DNA from: Clostridium sp. CAG:138
Lineage (GTDB): Bacteria > Bacillota > Clostridia > Christensenellales > CAG-138
DNA: 24,000 nucleotides
Direction of reading: 5' to 3'
NCBI GenBank assembly: GCA_000435055.1
Contig: FR879709.1
Coordinates: forward strand, 129,961-153,960
The stretch's first letter is position 1, and the number at the start of each line of letters is the position of its first letter. The translations under genes and the position numbers were made by a program. Of this stretch, positions 8,667-14,688 are shown piece by piece. Under the pieces are notes generated by a model, which was not told the DNA's origin, did no database searches, and worked only from the letters and a program-made list of their open reading frames with translations.

Positions 8667-9177
8667 ACAGTCCAACCTCCGCAAGAATTTCGGAATCAAA
8701 AACAATTCGCTTGTTTTCGATATCAACGCTTGAAAGCAGTTTTTTCAGTGCAGGAACGGAAAGCCTTTTTGCGCCTTTGATAACATAAACGTCCGTTGAC
8801 GGTGTTTCGTACACATCGACCACTCTGCCGAGTGCATCACCCAATGTCGAAAAAACCTCACAGCCTATGATGTCCTTCACAAAATATGCACCTGCGGGAA
8901 GCTTTACGGCGTGTTCTCTGTCCACGCAAAGGTATTTGTCGCGAAGTTTTTCGGCGGCTTCAACGGTGTCAATTCCCTTGAGTTTAATTATCACGGAATT
9001 CTCGGCGGCAACCCTTGCGCTTTCCGCGGTGACTGTTTGATAAACGCCCTCGGGCGCCTCGATAAAGGCATCCGAAAGGCGTGCAAATCGTTTTAAATCA
9101 TCGGTCAAGGGGAGCAATTTCAGCTCACCCTTGATGCCGTGCGGGCGCAGAAACAGCCCGATACGAAAATAATCCAT
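8656..9177 (-). CDS. rimM: 16S rRNA processing protein RimM
   Basis: MDYFRIGLFLRPHGIKGELKL followed by a PRC-barrel-like C-terminus, in the conserved position. The track start at 9183 is TTG, and an ATG is at 9177. Confidence 0.9.
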   Translation of the reverse strand: MDYFRIGLFLRPHGIKGELKLLPLTDDLKRFARLSDAFIEAPEGVYQTVTAESARVAAENSVIIKLKGIDTVEAAEKLRDKYLCVDREHAVKLPAGAYFVKDIIGCEVFSTLGDALGRVVDVYETPSTDVYVIKGAKRLSVPALKKLLSSVDIENKRIVFDSEILAEVGLFED

Positions 9178-9204
9178 AGACAAAACTTGTGAGTTCCGGT
9201 ACGG

Positions 9205-9477
9205 TTACAGAATGTCAACTCTGTATTTCTTTTCGCTTTTTACCGAAGCGGCGCGAACAACGGTGCGGATTGCTTTTGCGATACGCCCCTGTTTGCCAAT
9301 AACTTTGCCCATATCGTCCTTGGCAACGGAAAGCTCAATTGTGGTTTCCTCGCCTGCTTCGTCAGCCTTGACGGCAACCTTTACCTCGCTCGGTTCGTCA
9401 ACAAGACTCTTTGCAATGAATTCAACAAGAGCCGCAATATCGGGAACCTGAGTTTCGGTAATGATTTCTTCGCTCAT
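9205..9477 (-). CDS. ylqC: KH-domain RNA-binding protein (YlqC/UPF0109 family)
   Basis: The GKVIGKQGRIAKAIRTVV GXXG KH motif is present. The ATG at 9477 overlaps the rpsP stop as ATGA. The position between rpsP and rimM is conserved. Confidence 0.85.
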   Translation of the reverse strand: MSEEIITETQVPDIAALVEFIAKSLVDEPSEVKVAVKADEAGEETTIELSVAKDDMGKVIGKQGRIAKAIRTVVRAASVKSEKKYRVDIL

Positions 9478-9719
9478 CAGTCGATAACGCCGTGCTTTTT
9501 GAACAGACCGCGAACGGTTTCCGTGGGCTGCGCACCGTTCTTGATCCACTGCTTTGCCTTGTCGCCGTCAACAACGACCTGTTCGGGATCGGTGAGGGGG
9601 TTGTAATAGCCGATTTCCTCTACGAAAGCACCGTCACGGGGTGCGCGGGAATCCGCAACAACGATACGATAGAAAGGAGCCTTCTTTGCGCCCATTCTGC
9701 GAAGCCTGATTTTAAGCAT
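9477..9719 (-). CDS. rpsP: 30S ribosomal protein S16
   Basis: [30 protein letters not shown] matches S16. GGAGGAACTATC precedes the ATG. Confidence 0.97.
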   Translation of the reverse strand: MLKIRLRRMGAKKAPFYRIVVADSRAPRDGAFVEEIGYYNPLTDPEQVVVDGDKAKQWIKNGAQPTETVRGLFKKHGVID

Positions 9720-9828
9720 GATAGTTCCTCCAAATTAAATAGAAAGTCTTTGTTGAATATCCAATCGGGCATAAGCCCGCTGTTGGTGATTTTGTTGTTT
9801 GATGCAGATTGAAAAACCTTTTGCTGCA

Positions 9829-11166
9829 TCAGAAGCCGAAGAAGCCTTTGCGCCTGCCTGATTTTTTGCGGCCCATTCCCGCAAATCTCTTCATCAGCTG
9901 GCGTGACTGTTCAAATTGTTTGAGCAGTCGGTTAACTTCCTGAACGGTCGTTCCGCTGCCCGCCGCAATGCGTTTTTTGCGGCTTGCATTCAAAAGTTCC
10001 GGATTGCGTCGTTCACGCGGAGTCATTGAACGAATGATCGCCTCGACTCTTGCGGTTGCCTTTTGGTCAATTTTTGCATCCTTGAGCTTGCTTGCATCGA
10101 CCCCGGGCATCATGCCGAGAATCTCTTCCATTGAGCCGAGTTTTTTGACCTGTTGGAACTGCTCGAGGAAGTCCTCAAGAGTAAACTTGTCATTTTTAAT
10201 CTTTTTGGTGAGCTCTTCCGCCTGTTTTTCGTCGAAAGCCTGTTCCGCCTTTTCAATCAAAGTGAGAACATCGCCCATGCCAAGAATTCTTGAAGCCATT
10301 CTGTCGGGATAGAACGGTTCGATATCGGTAAGCTTTTCACCTATGCCGGAGAATTTGATGGGTTTGCCCGTAACACTGCGAACGCTCAGCGCCGCACCGC
10401 CTCTTGTGTCACCGTCAAGCTTTGTGAGTATAACGCCGGTTATGCCGAGTTTTTCGTTAAAGGAGCTTGCAACGTTGACAGCGTCCTGACCTGTCATTGC
10501 ATCAACAACAAGCAGCGTTTCCGCCGGGTTAACGGCTTGTTTGACGGCGGCGATCTCGTCCATCATGTTCTCGTCAATGTGCAGGCGGCCTGCCGTATCG
10601 ATTATAACAAGATCGTAGAAGTTGCGGGAAGCATATTCAATTGCTTCCTTTGCGGTTTTAACGGGATCCTGCGTCCCGCGTTCGAAAACGGGAACATTGA
10701 CCTTTTCACCCACGACCTGAAGCTGGGTGATCGCGGCAGGGCGATATATGTCGCATGCAACAAGCAGCGGTTTTTTGCCCTGAGTCTTTGCAAGGTAGGC
10801 AGCAAGTTTGCCCGCCATTGTGGTTTTGCCCGCACCTTGAAGACCCGCAAGCAGGAAAACAGAGGGTTTGCGCGGCCCGAACTCAACCTTCACAACGCTG
10901 CCGCCGATGAGCTGAGTCAGCTCCTCATTGACAATTTTGATTATTTGCTGGGACGGATTGAGGCTTTGGAGAACATCCGAACCCACTGCCCGCGCCGAAA
11001 CAGTGTTTATAAAGGATTTCACAACCGAAAAGTTAACATCCGCCTCGAGCAGCGCAAGCTTTATCTCGCGCATTGCCTCTTTGACTTCTTTTTCGGTCAA
11101 CTTGCCCTTTCCGCCCAGTTTTCTGAATATGTTCTGAAGTTTTGAAGAAAGTCCTTCAAATGCCAT
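9829..11166 (-). CDS. ffh: signal recognition particle protein Ffh
   Basis: The SRP54 N and G domains (GLQGAGKTT, DTAGR, TKLDGD) and a Met-rich M domain (LGMGD...GMMPG) are present. GGAGGG lies 5 nt before the ATG. Confidence 0.97.
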   Translation of the reverse strand: MAFEGLSSKLQNIFRKLGGKGKLTEKEVKEAMREIKLALLEADVNFSVVKSFINTVSARAVGSDVLQSLNPSQQIIKIVNEELTQLIGGSVVKVEFGPRKPSVFLLAGLQGAGKTTMAGKLAAYLAKTQGKKPLLVACDIYRPAAITQLQVVGEKVNVPVFERGTQDPVKTAKEAIEYASRNFYDLVIIDTAGRLHIDENMMDEIAAVKQAVNPAETLLVVDAMTGQDAVNVASSFNEKLGITGVILTKLDGDTRGGAALSVRSVTGKPIKFSGIGEKLTDIEPFYPDRMASRILGMGDVLTLIEKAEQAFDEKQAEELTKKIKNDKFTLEDFLEQFQQVKKLGSMEEILGMMPGVDASKLKDAKIDQKATARVEAIIRSMTPRERRNPELLNASRKKRIAAGSGTTVQEVNRLLKQFEQSRQLMKRFAGMGRKKSGRRKGFFGF

Positions 11167-11512
11167 CTTTGCCCTCCGTGATTTCAGTCAGTTGTGATAA
11201 CAGAGTGTTGATTCTTTCCCGAGCGGCTTCATTGAAGGTGCACCTGCGAACCTCTGCCGAAAGCTCCGCAATTAAAACTTTCAGCCGCCTGTCCCTTGCG
11301 GCAAGACCGAGTTTTTCTTCCATTTCGAGAAGGATTTTTTCACCGCGCTGCAATGCATCGCGCACACCCTGCCGCGAAATGCCCTTCTGCTCTGCAATTT
11401 CCGCAAGGGAAAAATCCTCCTCGCAGTTGAGCTTCAGCATCTCGCACTGGTTATCGGTTAAAAACGCGCCGTAGTAATCAATGAGAAGGCTTAATTCGAG
11501 TTTGTTCTGCAT
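11156..11512 (-). CDS. ylxM: YlxM-family (UPF0122) putative DNA-binding protein
   Basis: LLIDYYGAFLTDNQCEMLKLNCEEDFSLAEIAEQKGISRQGV is a sigma-70 region-4-like HTH. The gene overlaps the ffh start, and TAAGGAGG precedes its ATG. Confidence 0.9.
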   Translation of the reverse strand: MQNKLELSLLIDYYGAFLTDNQCEMLKLNCEEDFSLAEIAEQKGISRQGVRDALQRGEKILLEMEEKLGLAARDRRLKVLIAELSAEVRRCTFNEAARERINTLLSQLTEITEGKDGI

Positions 11513-11572
11513 ATATGCCTCCTTAATGTTCTATGCGGCACTGTTGTAAAGGCGCAAAGCTTTACAAGCATG

Positions 11573-11601
11573 ATTATAACGCCGCCAAGGTGGAAAGTCA
11601 A
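11573..11601 (-). promoter_or_regulatory. sigma-A promoter of the ylxM-ffh operon
   Basis: The minus strand reads TTGACT-17 nt-TATAAT. The predicted transcript begins inside an 8-bp hairpin (TTGTAAAG/CTTTACAA, 11544-11567). Confidence 0.7.
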
Positions 11602-11661
11602 TCCCCTTTACAGTGTCTTTCTAAATATACTTCGTTCAATAATTGTCCGCAGCAGCAAAAC

Positions 11662-12129
11662 TCAACACTCAGCCAGGCTTTCAATGTATCTTTTCAGCAC
11701 GGGGCGATTGGGCGGCGTCAGCTCGTTTTCGGGCGGCATTTCGGAGGCGGAAAAGAAACGCAGCTCCGACACTTCACTTGCCTGCGGCGTAAGCTCTCCG
11801 GAATAACTGCGGCAAAGGTAAACAATATCAATATTTGAAACCTCGTCGCCGTTCGGATAGGTATAATGCAGGATTTTTCCCGAAAAAACACCAAAAAGTT
11901 CAAGCTCGTTCGCAAAAAGTCCCGTCTCTTCAAAAAGTTCGCGCATTGCCGCTTTTTCAACTTCCTCATCAAGCTCCACAGAACCGCCTGCATAGCCCCA
12001 AAGTCCGTTATCGCGCCGTTTCTGCAAGAGTATTCGACCCTCGGAATCGACAACAATAACGCTCGCACCGACCTGAAGCAGCGGACGATGCCCGACAGTT
12101 TTTCTCAAATCAAGTATATATTCCGACAT
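11662..12129 (-). CDS. NUDIX hydrolase
   Basis: A complete Nudix box, GSVELDEEVEKAAMRELFEETGL (GX5EX7REUXEEXGU), is present. The ATG lies 2 nt after the upstream stop. Confidence 0.85.
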   Translation of the reverse strand: MSEYILDLRKTVGHRPLLQVGASVIVVDSEGRILLQKRRDNGLWGYAGGSVELDEEVEKAAMRELFEETGLFANELELFGVFSGKILHYTYPNGDEVSNIDIVYLCRSYSGELTPQASEVSELRFFSASEMPPENELTPPNRPVLKRYIESLAEC

Positions 12130-12131
12130 GA

Positions 12132-12653
12132 TTAATCCAAGTACCCCTCTTCACGCAGCATTTCAAGAACGCGCGCTTCGCGTTCAAGCATTGTTTGATT
12201 TTTTGGCCCGTGAACTCTGTTTCTGTTAACATCAATTGCATGTTCTGCCTCAACAAATTCCAAAGTAAATCGTTCCCGCGCCTCATAATCATCGAGTTTC
12301 TGCGCTCCCGGCTCCGGTTCCGCTTCGCAAAAATAGTAGAAATTATTCTGAACAAAAACCGAAATCCCCGGTTTGTCGCTCTTTTCGATTCTGCGAACGC
12401 AGCCGTATTCCTGAATCGAATCAGGGACAACGCACAAGCCGGATTCTTCGGCAGTTTCGCGAATCAGTGCCTGATGCCGAGTTTCACCGCTCTCGATGCC
12501 GCCCCCGGGGAACTTATAGTAATCATACATCAGGCTGTGAACCATTGCAACCCTGCCGCCGCGAATGATAATGCTCCGAACGGACGGACGGTAAAAAACT
12601 TTTCCGCTCGAGTCGTAGTTCTTTTTATCCATTTCGAACAATGTTCTCATCAT
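12132..12653 (-). CDS. NUDIX hydrolase (second, dissimilar paralog)
   Basis: The Nudix box is GGIESGETRHQALIRETAEESGL. GGAGGAT precedes the ATGATG at 12653/12650. The track ORF to 12734 is probably over-extended. Confidence 0.85.
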   Translation of the reverse strand: MMRTLFEMDKKNYDSSGKVFYRPSVRSIIIRGGRVAMVHSLMYDYYKFPGGGIESGETRHQALIRETAEESGLCVVPDSIQEYGCVRRIEKSDKPGISVFVQNNFYYFCEAEPEPGAQKLDDYEARERFTLEFVEAEHAIDVNRNRVHGPKNQTMLEREARVLEMLREEGYLD

Positions 12654-12752
12654 ATCCTCCCGAATAAACCTGCGGCAAAAAACCGAAGCCGCAATTTGTG
12701 CCGAATATGTTAGGCATTGGCAATGAAGCCGCACAGTATATATATCAAATTA

Positions 12753-12785
12753 CAAAAAGAAAACTCCATCGTAAATTCGATGGAG
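12753..12785 (-). terminator. intrinsic terminator of the tRNA array
   Basis: The minus strand reads CTCCATCG-AATTTA-CGATGGAG, a perfect 8-bp stem, followed by TTTTCTTTTTG. It lies directly after tRNA-Cys. Confidence 0.8.
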
Positions 12786-12791
12786 CTGATT

Positions 12792-12865
12792 TGGAGGCAC
12801 CATCCGGAATCGAACCGGAGATGGCGATTTTGCAGACCGCTGCCTTACCGCTTGGCTATGGTGCC
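12792..12865 (-). tRNA. tRNA-Cys (GCA)
   Basis: The reverse complement GGCACCATAGCCAAGCGGTAAGGCAGCGGTCTGCAAAATCGCCATCTCCGGTTCGATTCCGGATGGTGCCTCCA folds as a cloverleaf. The anticodon loop is CUGCAAA, and CCA is encoded. Confidence 0.93.
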
Positions 12866-12906
12866 GTTTGGCCGCGTAAAAGGAGGAAACGCAGCCGTTA
12901 AAAAAA

Positions 12907-12982
12907 TGGAGCGGGAAACGGGGCTCGAACCCGCCACCTCCGCCTTGGCAAGGCGGCGCTCTACCAAATGAGCTATTCCCGC
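12907..12982 (-). tRNA. tRNA-Gly (GCC)
   Basis: The reverse complement runs GCGGGAATAGCTCATTTGGTAGAGC...CCGCCTTGCCAAGGCGG...GGTTCGAGCCC...TTCCCGCTCCA. The anticodon loop is UUGCCAA, and CCA is encoded. Confidence 0.93.
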
Positions 12983-12986
12983 AGCA

Positions 12987-13062
12987 TGGTGCCTCAGAGT
13001 GGAGTCGAACCACCGACACAGGGATTTTCAGTCCCTTGCTCTACCAGCTGAGCTACCGAGGC
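12987..13062 (-). tRNA. tRNA-Phe (GAA)
   Basis: The reverse complement runs GCCTCGGTAGCTCAGCTGGTAGAGCAAGGGACTGAAAATCCCT...GGTTCGACTCC...CTGAGGCACCA, with anticodon GAA. Confidence 0.93.
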
Positions 13063-13066
13063 AAAA

Positions 13067-13143
13067 TGGCGATCCGAAGGGGGCTCGAACCCCTGACCTC
13101 CAGCGTGACAGGCTGGCATTCTAACCAACTGAACTACCGGACC
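13067..13143 (-). tRNA. tRNA-Asp (GUC)
   Basis: The reverse complement runs GGTCCGGTAGTTCAGTTGGTTAGAATGCCAGCCTGTCACGCTGG...GGTTCGAGCCCC...TCGGATCGCCA, with anticodon GTC. Confidence 0.93.
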
Positions 13144-13146
13144 GCG

Positions 13147-13222
13147 TGGTGGGAACAACAGGGCTCGAACCTGTGACCCTCTGCTTGTAAGGCAGATGCT
13201 CTCCCAGCTGAGCTATGCTCCC
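13147..13222 (-). tRNA. tRNA-Val (UAC)
   Basis: The reverse complement runs GGGAGCATAGCTCAGCTGGGAGAGCATCTGCCTTACAAGCAGA...GGTTCGAGCCC...TGTTCCCACCA, with anticodon TAC. Confidence 0.93.
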
Positions 13223-13254
13223 ATCCATTGTGCCGCTCTTCAAGCGACTTCCAT

Positions 13255-13283
13255 ATTATACTCAATTGGGTCTCATTTGTCAA
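13255..13283 (-). promoter_or_regulatory. consensus sigma-A promoter of the tRNA array
   Basis: The minus strand reads TTGACA-17 nt-TATAAT, a perfect consensus. An A/T-rich UP-element-like tract (AAAAATAATTTGAAAAA) lies upstream. The -10 is ~30 nt upstream of tRNA-Val. Confidence 0.85.
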
Positions 13284-13382
13284 CCCCTTTTTCAAATTAT
13301 TTTTAACTATATATAACACTCTGTTTTTTCAGCATATACATGCAAATTCGAACGGTTTCATCCGATTATTACGCGTACGGTG

Positions 13383-13411
13383 TTGAAAAATTTTTCGTTC
13401 GGCATTATCAT
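13383..13411 (+). promoter_or_regulatory. candidate promoter for the barnase-barstar unit
   Basis: The plus strand reads TTGAAA-17 nt-TATCAT, ~135 nt upstream of the RNase start. This rests on motif evidence only. Confidence 0.35.
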
Positions 13412-13547
13412 ATATCCGTATTCGCTCCGTTCAAAGCATATTCGGAGTGGGTCCGATACCGCACCGGATGAAGGCTGCCTGCGAGCGAAGTTTTTTGCGT
13501 AAATGCCTTTTGGCTTTACCTTTTTCCGAACAAGGAGGCAAATCATA

Positions 13548-14135
13548 TTGAAACATGCTGATTTAAGAATCTTAAGGCGCATTGCGGCGTTTTTGCTTGT
13601 GGTTTTGAGCATTGCGGGCATTGCAGCCTGCACCGTACCCGAAGAGGTTTTCCCGCCCGATACCCCGACAGCTGCAATATCGGATGTATTGCACACAACC
13701 GAACCCACGGAAATCGGAACAGCCGCCGAAATTGAGCTCTCCGCAAAGCCGACTGCACCTCCGCAGGAACCGACTTCATCGCCGGTGAAAGAAAGCGGCG
13801 AATACAGTTCCCGTGATGAAGTTGCTCTGTACATCCACCTTTTCGGACATCTCCCCGCAAATTTCATAACAAAGAAACAGGCGCGGGAACTCGGCTGGCA
13901 GGGCGGCAGGCTTCAGGATTTTGCGCCCGGCTGCTCCATCGGAGGGGACAGGTTCGGCAACTACGAGGGGCTTTTGCCGCAAGCGGAAGGAAGGTTTTAT
14001 ACCGAATGCGATATCGACACCTGCGGAGCACCCTCACGCGGGGCAAAACGCATAGTTTTTTCGAATGACGGATTGATTTTTTATACCGATGACCATTATC
14101 AAAGCTTTATTAAGCTTTACGACGCGGACAATTAA
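13548..14135 (+). CDS. secreted barnase-family (microbial N1/T1-type) ribonuclease, predicted lipoprotein
   Basis: The C-terminal ~110 aa align by eye with barnase (ITKKQARELGW, APGCSIGGDRFGNYEGLLP, YTECDI, KRIVFS, YTDDHYQSF), with Glu/Arg/His equivalents of E73/R87/H102 present. The N-terminus MKHADLRILRRIAAFLLVVLSIAGIAAC is a signal peptide with a lipobox (IAAC). AGGAGG lies 9 nt before the TTG at 13548. The track ORF starts at 13503. Confidence 0.85.
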   Translation: MKHADLRILRRIAAFLLVVLSIAGIAACTVPEEVFPPDTPTAAISDVLHTTEPTEIGTAAEIELSAKPTAPPQEPTSSPVKESGEYSSRDEVALYIHLFGHLPANFITKKQARELGWQGGRLQDFAPGCSIGGDRFGNYEGLLPQAEGRFYTECDIDTCGAPSRGAKRIVFSNDGLIFYTDDHYQSFIKLYDADN

Positions 14136-14182
14136 ACCGCGGGTTTTTGAGAATTTTTAGGGATAATTGAGGATAATTGACC

Positions 14183-14512
14183 ATGACCGTATCGGATAAC
14201 AATTTCACACACAACTCCGGTTCCGAACAAAGCGGCGGCATTAAGAATATCCGCATTGACTTTACGGCGATTGCGGGAATTACCGATGCGCATCTGCGTA
14301 TTGCCGAGGCATTGCAGTTTCCGGATCATTACGGAAAAAACCTTGATGCACTCTTTGACTGCCTTGCGGAAATATGCAAACCCGTTGCAGTGACTCTCTT
14401 CGGAACGAGCGCACTGACTGCCGCCCTCGGCAGCTACGGGAGCATGATGCTGCGCGTGTTTTCGGACGCGGCAGCCGAAAACCCGAATCTTTCCGTTGAA
14501 ATCGCCGATTAG
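14183..14512 (+). CDS. barstar-family ribonuclease inhibitor
   Basis: FPDHYGKNLDALFDCL matches the barstar core (YYGENLDALWDCL), including the Asp39 equivalent. The gene lies 47 nt downstream of the RNase. The ATG is at 14183, and the track start at 14177 is TTG. Confidence 0.85.
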   Translation: MTVSDNNFTHNSGSEQSGGIKNIRIDFTAIAGITDAHLRIAEALQFPDHYGKNLDALFDCLAEICKPVAVTLFGTSALTAALGSYGSMMLRVFSDAAAENPNLSVEIAD

Positions 14513-14566
14513 TTTTATCGCATTCGATTTGTTAAAGTTTCAATGTTTTGGTTTTAAAACGGAAGC

Positions 14567-14596
14567 GGCAGACAGGATTTTTCCCGTCTGCCTTTT
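14567..14596. terminator. bidirectional intrinsic terminator between convergent genes
   Basis: GGCAGACAGG-ATTTTT-CCCGTCTGCC (9 of 10 bp paired) is followed by TTTT on the plus strand. On the minus strand it is followed by GCTTCCGTTTTAAAA. It lies between the barstar stop and the stop of the HTH-repeat gene. Confidence 0.7.
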
Positions 14597-14688
14597 GCCG
14601 AATATACGAAACCGAGTGTTGTTTAATTGCTTTTTATGCCGTTCCGAGTGCTGCTTTGCCGCTTGTTTTCAAAGACCGGAACCAATCC

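Noticed and set aside
9800-9831. Hairpin with an 8-bp stem (TGATGCAG/CTGCATCA) overlapping the ffh stop codon, considered as a terminator or attenuator before rpsP
   Set aside because: It has a 16-nt loop and no U-tract on the minus strand (AAACAACAAAATC follows). It is more likely a neutral or processing structure within the operon.
12878-12971. Strong AAGGAGG on the plus strand in the tRNA spacer, followed by an ATG opening an ORF (part of the 12717..12971 track ORF)
   Set aside because: The SD-to-ATG spacing is about 19 nt. The ORF is antisense to tRNA-Gly and has tRNA-derived composition. The SD-like sequence is explained by the spacer hairpin loop on the other strand.
13358-13867. 169-aa minus-strand ORF spanning the tRNA-barnase intergenic region and the barnase 5' end
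   Set aside because: It has no RBS, overlaps the well-supported barnase signal peptide and linker in antisense, and crosses the candidate barnase promoter.
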